Positions 19,615 through 29,301 of a stretch of DNA of 64,000 bases are shown piece by piece. The DNA comes from a virus (taxonomy: Duplodnaviria > Heunggongvirae > Uroviricota > Caudoviricetes). Each line of letters opens with the position of its first letter. The stretch's first letter is position 1. Below the pieces are notes generated by a model. That model made no database searches. It had not been told where the DNA came from and saw only the letters and a list, made by a program, of their open reading frames with translations. Made by a program: the position numbers and the translations under genes. Where the stretch lies: IMG/VR virus record IMGVR_UViG_3300048574_000421; one strand, written 5' to 3'.

Positions 19615-21749
19615 GTTGATGCTTTCACTGTCTTACTCGCAATTAATGCAGTCCCACAAATGTAGTCCAAGTGGCTAGGTACGCCTGGACTCCCTGTCAC
19701 TACTCCTCCCATTGCTGGCACTTGACCAATTTCAACTTGAGGTCCGACAAGTTTAAGTTTCACACCACTTTTTACTGTTACTGTTTGCATACCATTTATA
19801 TCTACTGTTTGTGATGTTGAGTCAACTTTTACTTTTCCAGTTTTAGTTTTTACTGTTACATTGCCAGATGTAACATCAACAATGTAATCTCCAGTCTTGA
19901 TAGTAAGTTTTTTACTACCTTTAGTTATACTTTCTGTAATATCTCCTGATTTAAGTTTTTCAATAATATTACCTGTAGTAACATCGATTACATGATCACC
20001 TGTTTTTATCTTGTCTTGAAACCCAATATTTTTCTTTGTTATTATTTCTCTTTTAATGTCACCAAGCGTGACTTTCTCTTCAATATTACCTTTTAATAGC
20101 GATGTTTTCTTATTTCCATTCATAAAGTTCTCTTCACGAGAACCAGTAGTCAAATCATATTTATCTGTAACTTCATTTGGTAATGCTGGTGTAAAAGCTC
20201 CTGCAGCACGTTCTAAACTTCCTGTGATTTTTTGAACATTGTTATAACCAATTTGTTCTTGCTTATCTTTTACAACAATTTTTTTATATGAACCACCAAA
20301 TGTATTATTTTTGTCATTCACATAATTTTCTTCTCTTGTGCCCAAAGATTCTACTTTATACTTACCATGAACTGTTACTGTATAGTTACCTGATATTTCA
20401 AGTTGTCCATTGCCATCTACATACTCAACTTTATTACCCTTTGTCTTCAAATTATAAGCAGTGCCATCATTTGCAGGAGCCATTACTTCAAGAAACACAC
20501 CCTTTTGAGCAATTATATGTGAACTCTTTCCTAATTTATCAAAACCAAGTGTTGCTTGGATTCCACCTTTTGTATCTAAAAATATTGATTTATTATCTAT
20601 ATTCTCAGCACCAACGACAAATTTTACTGAACCTGCAAACCCAGCTTCCCAACTTCTACCAGGCCCTAAAGGATGCCTACCTGATGATGCAGGAAAATAT
20701 GTAAAAAGATGTCCTTCTTTGTCAATATCTACTTGAACTGTAGATTGATGTCTAAAGTGCAAAGTTGAAGCTAAAGTTGTATATTCTTCTGGCATACATT
20801 CTAAATAATCAAGAGAAATTTCTGTAGCAGTAGGTGTACCGAAAACTTGAGGTCTAAGAACTTTTGCATATTTTGCTGTATCTTCTTTATCATTACCTAC
20901 TAAAGTACCCATAACGTAAGAAAGATATGGTGCAACATTATTCACATCAAAACCTGCATTTATTTCAGTAGCTTTCATTATTCCGTCAGCAAGTTCATAC
21001 ATTTCAGTTCTATGTTCTGTAAATGCTTTGCCACCTAAATGAATTGGATTATTTGAATTTGTGACAAACTGAATTTTCTGACCATTAGGCAATGTGGTTG
21101 GTTGAAATGAAAAATCAAGTTCACCAGGTTCTCTAGTGATCATTCCATTCCAAGTTCTTGAAGCTTGAGTACTAGAATAAATTTGGTGTGATGAAAAACG
21201 AATTGATTTGTCAGCTGATCGAATTTCGATTTCATTTAGTTTTGAATCTGAAAGATAAACATCTTCATCAAGATACAATTCAGCACCTTGAGTAGATTCA
21301 GCTTGTATTTCACCTGGATATATTTTTCTTCTTTTGCCTCGAACAACATTATATCCGATTTTTTCACGTATAGTCTTTAATTCTTTTAAATTTTTTGGTG
21401 TTTTATCGTTTCTAAGAAGACGATATTGTAAAAGTTGTTCGAGATTACCATCAACAAAACCAAGAATAACTGGGTCTTCCCAAGTATGTGTTTGTCTTGA
21501 CCATCCACAAAGAACCATACTTCCTTCTTCAGGCATCCCTCTAATCGAACCACGAGGTGTTGCAAAAGAAGAAGGAATCCTTATCATTTGCGAATTGCCA
21601 GGGCCTGACTCTAACCAAATAATGTCTAAATATCCAGTTTCATAATCAACTCTAGAAACAAGCCCAAGTCGAATATACTTCGTTTGATCGACTAGTTTAC
21701 CTCTAAAAGGACTTTCTCTACTTCTAAGAGGTTTTAACGGTTGTGTCAT
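19611..21749 (-). CDS. Baseplate central spike (gp5/gpV/VgrG-like OB-fold plus beta-helix)
   Basis: N-terminal RLGLVSRVDYETG...GMPEEGSMVLCGW OB-fold; C-terminal KTGDxxxxVTxG repeats; HLD apex motif; follows the hub gene. Confidence 0.8.
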   Translation of the reverse strand: MTQPLKPLRSRESPFRGKLVDQTKYIRLGLVSRVDYETGYLDIIWLESGPGNSQMIRIPSSFATPRGSIRGMPEEGSMVLCGWSRQTHTWEDPVILGFVDGNLEQLLQYRLLRNDKTPKNLKELKTIREKIGYNVVRGKRRKIYPGEIQAESTQGAELYLDEDVYLSDSKLNEIEIRSADKSIRFSSHQIYSSTQASRTWNGMITREPGELDFSFQPTTLPNGQKIQFVTNSNNPIHLGGKAFTEHRTEMYELADGIMKATEINAGFDVNNVAPYLSYVMGTLVGNDKEDTAKYAKVLRPQVFGTPTATEISLDYLECMPEEYTTLASTLHFRHQSTVQVDIDKEGHLFTYFPASSGRHPLGPGRSWEAGFAGSVKFVVGAENIDNKSIFLDTKGGIQATLGFDKLGKSSHIIAQKGVFLEVMAPANDGTAYNLKTKGNKVEYVDGNGQLEISGNYTVTVHGKYKVESLGTREENYVNDKNNTFGGSYKKIVVKDKQEQIGYNNVQKITGSLERAAGAFTPALPNEVTDKYDLTTGSREENFMNGNKKTSLLKGNIEEKVTLGDIKREIITKKNIGFQDKIKTGDHVIDVTTGNIIEKLKSGDITESITKGSKKLTIKTGDYIVDVTSGNVTVKTKTGKVKVDSTSQTVDINGMQTVTVKSGVKLKLVGPQVEIGQVPAMGGVVTGSPGVPSHLDYICGTALIASKTVKAST

Positions 21750-23818
21750 TTTGCATTACCACCAGTTTCATCTTTTAACATATTTTGAGCTATATCAGGT
21801 CCACTAAAAGAAATCATTTGTCCTGTTGTAGAATCTAATGTATACATTACATTATTAGGATCCACAACAAGTTGCATATTCTGAACATCCATTGACAAAG
21901 CTTTTTGTGCACTTGAATTGTCTTTAGTTGTAACTGAATTTGTTTTCCCTTGTATAAGACCTTTTGGATCATATTTTAATCCACTACCATAAGTGACATA
22001 AGGCGCATCACCAACTTGACCTATAACTTCATATCCTTCATAATCAGTTATTGCAAACTCACCTTTCAAATTGGGCTCAATTTGTATTCCGTTGAACTTC
22101 TTCCATTCACCATATTTCTCTTTATTGCTACTCAAATCTACAGTAAAAGAAGGTTCTACAATAGAAATATGTTCTTTAGCTCTTGGTGTACAAATTGATG
22201 GCATTGAAACTTGTTTTACAAAATTATTAACTTCATTTGGTTCAGCAATAGAATCACCAACTACTGTTATTTGTTCGTCTTTGATTTCGCCAACATTTCT
22301 AAAAATAGAATTTTTGTTTTGAGTTTTTGTACGCTCAGCACTTAAAGTCAATGTAGTTGTATATGTTCCACCAAAAGTAAACCTATTCTCAATACCTTTT
22401 ATATAATAAAAAGCATCTCTAGAAGGAATGAATACTGGGTAACCAAGTCTTAGTTCAGGTCTTCCAAGAATCGTAACTGAACCTTGACGAACTAATGCAT
22501 TCTGTCTTGCAAGTTCTGCTTTTGCCCAAAAATTACATTGTTCTTTTGTGTGTAACCATGGCATAGAACGTTGAACAAGACGTTCTCCAAATTGCAAAGA
22601 TAAACGAGGATCTCTAGCAATACCATGAGTAATCTCATTATAATTAGTCACACTACAAAGCGATCCTGTAACATCTACTCTTGTTATGACTTCTGACTCA
22701 CTTTGAATAAAATTCCAATTAATAATATCAACATCATGTATCATAGATGCTATATTTTCTCTAACATCCATATTGTAAAATGGGAGTTTGAAAGTGATTT
22801 CTCCGTTTACATCCATAAAAAATTCATAATGAATTGCTTCTTTTAATTCATTTGCTATCTCTAACTGACTTTTTGTATCGCTTTTAGCTATTGAGGGTGC
22901 TGTTGGCGTACTTTGATATATTGTTGTTGATATTTCTGTTGAGCCTGAAGGTGTAACAAGCGCTAAAGGATCGATTTCTAGTTTGTTTTTTTTCAAACCA
23001 TAAACTTTTAAATTTGCTCCCACATTATTCATTCTATCAGCCCAATAATTCATCATATCAGCAAGCGCTGCTTTTTCTCTATCTTTATCTTTAATCGGTG
23101 TTGTTTTATAAGCATAATCAAGATAATCATTGACAGGAGCCATTTGTAATAAAGATGTAGTTGAAAGATTTTTTAAAATCTCTGGAATCGTCATTCCAGA
23201 AAAAATATTTCCTGTAATAGACAAAGGTCTACCATTAAGTTTTACTGTTTTCCCGTCAATAAACTTTTTTATATCTGTATCTTTCATTCCCATTTGCTTT
23301 AAATAAGAACGCAAGTTTTCGCCAGTAGCTAAAATAGAAGGATTTATAGCTGCTTGTGCAATTTGCCACCAACGTAAAATATCAGCACAAGAAACAGAAA
23401 TTGTATGAACACCATCACTATAATTTTCTGTCAAAGCTGTTATAACACCCCAAAATGCTTTGTAATAAGGGTATTTATCTTCTCCTGTTGCTACATCTTT
23501 TTTTTGATATCTACCTCTAAAGAAAAACTCAACTTCAGACATTATTTTTAAATTCGAATATCTAGACATTCCAGAAGCTAATGTGCTAAATCTTCCGCCT
23601 TGATGTTCAGGATATGAAATCGTAAAACTTGCTGTTCCCGGAACTGTATCTACAGACAAACTTGTATTTATCTCAGTAATATCTTGGCGCATATCAAATT
23701 TCACACCATTTGGATCAGTCAACATATTTGATCCATTTATGAACACTAAAGTATCTGGAGCAAGTTGTACAGTTTCAGGTTGTCTATAAATATTGTTTAG
23801 TGAACTTTGGGAACTCAT
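21746..23818 (-). CDS. Baseplate hub (gp27/gpD-like)
   Basis: GSVTILGRPELRLGYPV...YYIKGIENRFTFGGTYTTTLTL; position between tube initiators and spike. Confidence 0.8.
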   Translation of the reverse strand: MSSQSSLNNIYRQPETVQLAPDTLVFINGSNMLTDPNGVKFDMRQDITEINTSLSVDTVPGTASFTISYPEHQGGRFSTLASGMSRYSNLKIMSEVEFFFRGRYQKKDVATGEDKYPYYKAFWGVITALTENYSDGVHTISVSCADILRWWQIAQAAINPSILATGENLRSYLKQMGMKDTDIKKFIDGKTVKLNGRPLSITGNIFSGMTIPEILKNLSTTSLLQMAPVNDYLDYAYKTTPIKDKDREKAALADMMNYWADRMNNVGANLKVYGLKKNKLEIDPLALVTPSGSTEISTTIYQSTPTAPSIAKSDTKSQLEIANELKEAIHYEFFMDVNGEITFKLPFYNMDVRENIASMIHDVDIINWNFIQSESEVITRVDVTGSLCSVTNYNEITHGIARDPRLSLQFGERLVQRSMPWLHTKEQCNFWAKAELARQNALVRQGSVTILGRPELRLGYPVFIPSRDAFYYIKGIENRFTFGGTYTTTLTLSAERTKTQNKNSIFRNVGEIKDEQITVVGDSIAEPNEVNNFVKQVSMPSICTPRAKEHISIVEPSFTVDLSSNKEKYGEWKKFNGIQIEPNLKGEFAITDYEGYEVIGQVGDAPYVTYGSGLKYDPKGLIQGKTNSVTTKDNSSAQKALSMDVQNMQLVVDPNNVMYTLDSTTGQMISFSGPDIAQNMLKDETGGNAK

Positions 23819-24399
23819 TGTCCTGCTATCCTTTGCAAAACACTATTGCTACTTACTTCGTCAATATTAAAAGTCTTTGTAACTTTAAACTCAAAACTAA
23901 AATCCATATTAAATTGCATTGAGTCATTCTCAGAAATAGTAAAAGATGTAAAATGACCTCTGTAAACAAACCCGTTATAATTTAACACTACTCTACCTAC
24001 AGAATCTATTGTACAAGGATTCACTTTTCCATCAGGTTTTGTATTTCTGTTTGTACCATTATTTCTGTATATAGCTAAAAGTCTTGCTATATTTTCATAT
24101 CCAGCTGTTTGTCTTCTTTCAACTCTTGTCAAACCTTTTTCGTCGGAAATAAACATAGCAGATTTTCCTGATGCTGACAATACATCAAGTTCATCATGTT
24201 GAGCATGAAAAATATAAGGAATATTGCTTCCAACCCAACGAACACGTTGTTCAGCAATTTTTGGAACGTATCTAATCTCAAGTGAAGCAGGATTGATAAG
24301 CAAAATTAAAGGCTGTGGCGGATTCTTGATTTCTAACTCAAAAACCATTTGTTTGACATTATCATTATGTTTTACAGTAGTTTTTTTATAAATAGCCAT
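23815..24399 (-). CDS. Tail tube initiator-like baseplate protein, paralog 2
   Basis: LLINPASL...SGKSAMF...YRNNG...YRGHFTSFTISE...FSFEFKV; paralogous to 24386-24925. Confidence 0.7.
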   Translation of the reverse strand: MAIYKKTTVKHNDNVKQMVFELEIKNPPQPLILLINPASLEIRYVPKIAEQRVRWVGSNIPYIFHAQHDELDVLSASGKSAMFISDEKGLTRVERRQTAGYENIARLLAIYRNNGTNRNTKPDGKVNPCTIDSVGRVVLNYNGFVYRGHFTSFTISENDSMQFNMDFSFEFKVTKTFNIDEVSSNSVLQRIAGQ

Positions 24400-24925
24400 T
24401 TTTTGTTACCGTAAGTTGCCCTAAAATCTTTACTGCTTTAAAACTTAGAGAATATTCAAGATTAAAAGGCATACTTGCATCTTCTGTATAAGTAAAAGAT
24501 TCGAAAAACCCATCATATTGAGTCCCGTCATAATACATCTGAACAATACCAAGACTTTGCAGTTTTGAAGGATTTGCATTTGCAGCTGTAGATTCAAAAG
24601 TTTTGTAATAACCTTTACCATTGTTTTTGTAAATGTTAAGCAAAGTCATAAAATATTGATATGATTCTGTAGATCTAGATTTTTTATTTGTTAAACCTTC
24701 TTCACTGTCAATAAACATTGCAGTTTTTCCAGTTGCAGCTAATGTTGTTAGTTGCTCTCCCCAATATTCATGTGCAAATCCACCTAATGTTCTTGTTTCA
24801 GTTATCAAAGGAGTGTAAGAAATATCTAGATTTGCTGGATTTATGAGCATTGTTAAAGAAGGTACTTTTGCATCACCTTTAACGCTCCAAGAAATTGGCA
24901 CTGGTACTTGTTTTGCTGTTCTCAT
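24386..24925 (-). CDS. Tail tube initiator-like baseplate protein, paralog 1
   Basis: MLINPANL...TGKTAMF...YKNNG...YDGFFESFTYTE...YSLSFKA; immediately after the tape measure gene. Confidence 0.7.
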   Translation of the reverse strand: MRTAKQVPVPISWSVKGDAKVPSLTMLINPANLDISYTPLITETRTLGGFAHEYWGEQLTTLAATGKTAMFIDSEEGLTNKKSRSTESYQYFMTLLNIYKNNGKGYYKTFESTAANANPSKLQSLGIVQMYYDGTQYDGFFESFTYTEDASMPFNLEYSLSFKAVKILGQLTVTKNGYL

Positions 24926-27900
24926 TTTATTTTATCTGAATAAAGTGCGTTTAGTACTATTTGTTCTACTTGTCTTCTATCGTTTTGATTAACATAGATA
25001 TTAATTGTTCTGTTGTCATTAACTGTTCCTCCTGGTGAACCAGAACCAGTTGACAAATTTTGCCAAGTTTGCTTAGGTAATACTAATTCACCAGAATTCA
25101 AAGCACCTAAAATTTTATCGCCCTTAAAACTCAAACCAGGTACAACACCGCCTGTTGCAAATCCTCTTCCTGAAGCTGCTAATTGCTGTTGAGAAGTTTG
25201 TTTACTGTATGCAACAGCTCCTGGCATTGCTACAGTAGAAAAGTTCATTCCTTCAGCTATAGCACCTGCATTATAAATAGCATCTTCACCGAGATCTTTA
25301 CTACTAGAAACTAAACGTTTTAATTCTGGTGTTATTTTTCCACCAGAACGATCCATCTCTTTTCGTTGTGCTTCTTGATTTACAATGAGTGCTGTTAACT
25401 TCTTAGATGCTTCTCCCAATTTTGCTTGTTCATTAGCTATTGCTTTCTTTTCTTCATCAGTAGTAGCTGCGCCTTCATCAATTTGTAGTTGTCTTTGACG
25501 ACTTTCTATTTTATTTTTTAAACTTTCAGATGTATTAGCATTTTCTGTTAGCGCTGTATTTAGTTCGTCAAAAACTTTAGCTCTATCGCTAAACAAAGGA
25601 GAAGACACAATAATACTGACAAGTTTTTCGAGAATAGTAAATATCTTTCTTAACCAAACACCTAGCACATTATTTAAAGAATCTTCAGTTGACTTTGTCT
25701 GTTTTAATGCTGCAAGTCCTTCAACTTTTGCTTTTCTTTTTTCTTCTTCTTTTGTCGCTTTAGTTTGAGCGTCAGTCATAGCTTTGAAATTGACATCTAA
25801 ACCAGAAAGAATTGCAGCTAAACCATCGACAGTTTTATCACCAAAATCCTGTGACAATTGAGTAGCAAGCTCTGGAAATTGAGTTTTCAAAGTTTTTTGC
25901 ACAGACTTTAAGTCGACGTTTTTAGTTTGTAAATTTTTTAAAACTCCTATAAGACCTTGAGTTCTTTCTGCTACACTATTTGAATTTGATAAAATGTTAA
26001 TCATTTCTTGTGCATTATCTTTGCCTTCATTGTCTTTTCCAAATGCAGCTCTTAAGTTTTTTGAATTATTTGCAAGATTAGAAGCCATAGATCTCATTGT
26101 TTCTACAACTTCTCTATCTACACCAAACTCTGCTCCAACAACTTTCATATTAAGAACATGACCCTCAATTGCTTTCTGTACTTGCTCAATAGAACCACCA
26201 ATGTCAACTCCTGCAGCTTTCTTAGTCAAAAAGCCCATCTGCATTAAAAACTGTCCCATTGTATCAGTCATGAGACCTTTTTCCATTTCAGAATTAACAC
26301 CCTTCATTGCATTAGTATTATCTAAAGTCCTTTTTCTCGACTCTAACATTGCTCGTTGTTTTCTTACTTCTTCTAACTCTGCTTCCTTTGCTGCATCGCC
26401 TTTTACTGCTTCAAGATTCTGCTCTTGTTTTATAAGACTTTGAATTTGACCATCAATTTCTTTTGTTTGTTTTTGATAAGATTTTTTCCAAATCTCAGCA
26501 CCACCACCAAGTCTAAAAATAGTTATTTGTGCTTCATTTGAAAGATCTTTAAAACTTCCAACAATTTTTCCTGCTGCACTTGTTGCTGCAGCTTCTGGAA
26601 GTTTCATATTCTTTACAAGGCCACTAAACATATTACTAACTTCATCAATTCTCTTTCCATATAAACCTAAACCTGTTGCTGCATTGATTACTTTATCAAA
26701 GAAAATTGTAGTTGTTATACCTGCTGTCTTTGCATTTTTTTGCATTTCAACAAAACTCGTACCGATATCAGATAGACTCATACCAAATTCAGAACGTAAA
26801 CTACCAGCACTAGAAGCAAGTTCTCCTACTTCCATTCCTAAAGATGCTGCAATACCCATCATATCTTCTAAATTTGCAAGTGATCTTGCAGCTGTAAAAC
26901 CAGCTTTTGAAAAATCTCCCATATATCCAATTGCTTGATCCATAGAAACACCAAGATCCCAAGACCATTGTTCAGTCTTCTGTCTCATCTTTTCAATACT
27001 TGTATCAGCTAACTGACCACCTTTTCTTATACTATCAAATGCTTCACCTGCATTATGTGTATTTGCAGCCATCATCATTATTTGTTTTCTTGCACCTTTT
27101 ACTTGTTTTTCTAGTTCAAATGCCATTTTTATAGCACCAACAACAGAAAACGCACCTGCAAGAGGAGCAAGTACAGCGCCCAACATTTTAAATGCGCCTG
27201 TCATTGCTTTAGCAGCTACAACACCATTTTCTCCAAAAGTAGCCATTGCTTGATTAGGAATATTTTGCTTAAAAACTTTGAATGCATCAACAGCACCACT
27301 AAGACCACGTTTTTGTTCTTTTATTTGCTTTATATAAGCTTGATTTATTTTGTTTTGTTCTCTTGCTCTTTCGACAGTTTTTGAAATTGATTGTTCATCT
27401 AATTTTTTAATTTCTTCTTGTTGTGCAACAATTTTATGAAGTTTGTCACCTTCTTCTTTTAAAAGACCTATTTTTTCACGTATTTGTTCGTTTGACGCAT
27501 TTCCACTAAGAATCATTTTTTCTAAATCAGTACGCATTATGTTAATACTGTCAGCAACACTCAAATATTTTTTTCTTAATTCTGTATTATAAGTACCTAA
27601 AACTGCAGTTTCTTCAAGAATTTCACTTATTAAACATGAAGAAACAGCTATTGCATCATTTTGTGTTTTTGTTTCAGCTGTAAGACGTTCTTCTACAGCT
27701 ACAGCTTGATTCATTTTTTCAACATGAGCAGCAAGCTGGTCTTTTATTTGAGCAAACTTATCATTTAATTGTTCACTTGAAAAAACTGTGTCGCCAAGAA
27801 GATCTTTAAAATCATCTTTCAAACTTTCAATTTCATCTATTGTATTACGAAAACTTGTTTGAGCTATAGTATTTTTCATTGATTTAGCAATATTATCTGA

Positions 27901-28629
27901 CTCTGACAAGACTTTGTTAAAATCAGAAGATAAACTTTCAATGTTTTTATTCATTGTGTCATAATTGTCATTCAATCCTGCAACTTCATCTCTTATAGAT
28001 TCTAGCTTTATTTGATAATCTGAAAGAGACTTCACTGATAGTGTTCCTTGATCTTTTGCTTTTTCAAGTTCTGTTCCAAGCGAAGAAACTTTACGAATAA
28101 TTTTTGTATATGAGCTTGCAATATCATCTGTAGAGTCTTTAAATTTATCTGAATTCCCTCTTAACATTTTTTGAAGTCTGAGTGTTTCAGTTGCAAGTTT
28201 GTTATACTCATCAGCTCTTTCAAGAACTCTACCTTGACTTGTCTCTAAATTTGATAACTCAGAGACAACATTCTCAAATTCACTTACAAGTTTTTTAACT
28301 TCTCCAGAATCAAAAGTAGCTTTTCCTTGAAGACCTTTTGCAACACTTTCAATAAGTTGAACTGTATTTGAAAGTTTTTCTAATTCTTTTTTAGGAACAA
28401 GTTCTATTTTTGAGAGTTCAGACAGCTTTTTCATTGTCTTCGGGATAGTAGACATCATTTTAAAAAAGTTATCTTCTAATTGAGCATTCTTCTTTAATGA
28501 TTTGTTAAATTCATCGACAGCTCTGGGCATCTTTGAGAACTCAACATAATATTTTTGAAGTTGTTTTAGAGCTTCATCAACGTTAGATTGAATCTCAAAT
28601 TCGCTTACATACTTTCTCTTGTCTGCCAT
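24922..28629 (-). CDS. Tape measure protein (1235 aa)
   Basis: Long coiled coil, hydrophobic Ala/Gly stretch, C-terminal GFATGGVVPG...LNSGELVLP motif; follows tube and chaperone genes. Confidence 0.9.
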   Translation of the reverse strand: MADKRKYVSEFEIQSNVDEALKQLQKYYVEFSKMPRAVDEFNKSLKKNAQLEDNFFKMMSTIPKTMKKLSELSKIELVPKKELEKLSNTVQLIESVAKGLQGKATFDSGEVKKLVSEFENVVSELSNLETSQGRVLERADEYNKLATETLRLQKMLRGNSDKFKDSTDDIASSYTKIIRKVSSLGTELEKAKDQGTLSVKSLSDYQIKLESIRDEVAGLNDNYDTMNKNIESLSSDFNKVLSESDNIAKSMKNTIAQTSFRNTIDEIESLKDDFKDLLGDTVFSSEQLNDKFAQIKDQLAAHVEKMNQAVAVEERLTAETKTQNDAIAVSSCLISEILEETAVLGTYNTELRKKYLSVADSINIMRTDLEKMILSGNASNEQIREKIGLLKEEGDKLHKIVAQQEEIKKLDEQSISKTVERAREQNKINQAYIKQIKEQKRGLSGAVDAFKVFKQNIPNQAMATFGENGVVAAKAMTGAFKMLGAVLAPLAGAFSVVGAIKMAFELEKQVKGARKQIMMMAANTHNAGEAFDSIRKGGQLADTSIEKMRQKTEQWSWDLGVSMDQAIGYMGDFSKAGFTAARSLANLEDMMGIAASLGMEVGELASSAGSLRSEFGMSLSDIGTSFVEMQKNAKTAGITTTIFFDKVINAATGLGLYGKRIDEVSNMFSGLVKNMKLPEAAATSAAGKIVGSFKDLSNEAQITIFRLGGGAEIWKKSYQKQTKEIDGQIQSLIKQEQNLEAVKGDAAKEAELEEVRKQRAMLESRKRTLDNTNAMKGVNSEMEKGLMTDTMGQFLMQMGFLTKKAAGVDIGGSIEQVQKAIEGHVLNMKVVGAEFGVDREVVETMRSMASNLANNSKNLRAAFGKDNEGKDNAQEMINILSNSNSVAERTQGLIGVLKNLQTKNVDLKSVQKTLKTQFPELATQLSQDFGDKTVDGLAAILSGLDVNFKAMTDAQTKATKEEEKRKAKVEGLAALKQTKSTEDSLNNVLGVWLRKIFTILEKLVSIIVSSPLFSDRAKVFDELNTALTENANTSESLKNKIESRQRQLQIDEGAATTDEEKKAIANEQAKLGEASKKLTALIVNQEAQRKEMDRSGGKITPELKRLVSSSKDLGEDAIYNAGAIAEGMNFSTVAMPGAVAYSKQTSQQQLAASGRGFATGGVVPGLSFKGDKILGALNSGELVLPKQTWQNLSTGSGSPGGTVNDNRTINIYVNQNDRRQVEQIVLNALYSDKIK

Positions 28630-28640
28630 CCCTTAACCCC

Positions 28641-29042
28641 TTATACCAATAGACCTTTTTCTTTCAAATCAGCATCAGCTTCTTTTGTCAATTCCATCCA
28701 TTTAGAATACAAGAACGAAATAATATTTTCATCCCAAGTCTTAATGATTTTTTCCAATTTCTCTAAAGTCTCATTCTTAACTCTTATCTTCACGTCAAGA
28801 TCAACAAAGCTTTCATAATCATCAAGTCTTTGTTCGTTAACTGCTCTTATTGCGTACTTTAAAGTCTCAGATTTCATTTTTAAAAAATACGCATTACCAG
28901 AAAGTTCAGCACACGCAATAAAAACAAAACCTTCTTGTTCAGAATCTAATGTGCTTAAAAGCAATTTTAAATCCCCAACTTCAACAGTTTTTGTTTTTTT
29001 GCCAAGTTTCGCAAGTTCACCTAAAGCTGCAAATGCATCCAT
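28641..29042 (-). CDS. Tail assembly chaperone
   Basis: KTVEVGDLKLLLSTLDSEQE...LYSKWMEL pattern; directly upstream of the tape measure gene. Confidence 0.65.
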   Translation of the reverse strand: MDAFAALGELAKLGKKTKTVEVGDLKLLLSTLDSEQEGFVFIACAELSGNAYFLKMKSETLKYAIRAVNEQRLDDYESFVDLDVKIRVKNETLEKLEKIIKTWDENIISFLYSKWMELTKEADADLKEKGLLV

Positions 29043-29055
29043 TATTTAATCTCCC

Positions 29056-29301
29056 TTAATCTTTTTGATTGATTTCTACTTGAAAAAAATTCTTCTCTGC
29101 TTCTTCTGTCGAAGGAATACCTGTTTTATCTTGGTAATCATAAATAGATTGTAAAGCAGCATCACGTTCGCTTAACACTGACTTCATTCTATTCTTAGTG
29201 ACATCTTCTGGTTCGCTTTTTTTCTTTTCACCAATTTTTTCACGTAAAACTTTTGCTTGTAGCTCTAGCTCCATAGAAACTCCTTTTAGTTTAATCTTCA
29301 A
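29056..29301 (-). CDS. Hypothetical protein (81 aa; may start at Met10)
   Basis: ORF track; a GGAG lies upstream of the internal Met. Confidence 0.65.
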   Translation of the reverse strand: MKIKLKGVSMELELQAKVLREKIGEKKKSEPEDVTKNRMKSVLSERDAALQSIYDYQDKTGIPSTEEAEKNFFQVEINQKD

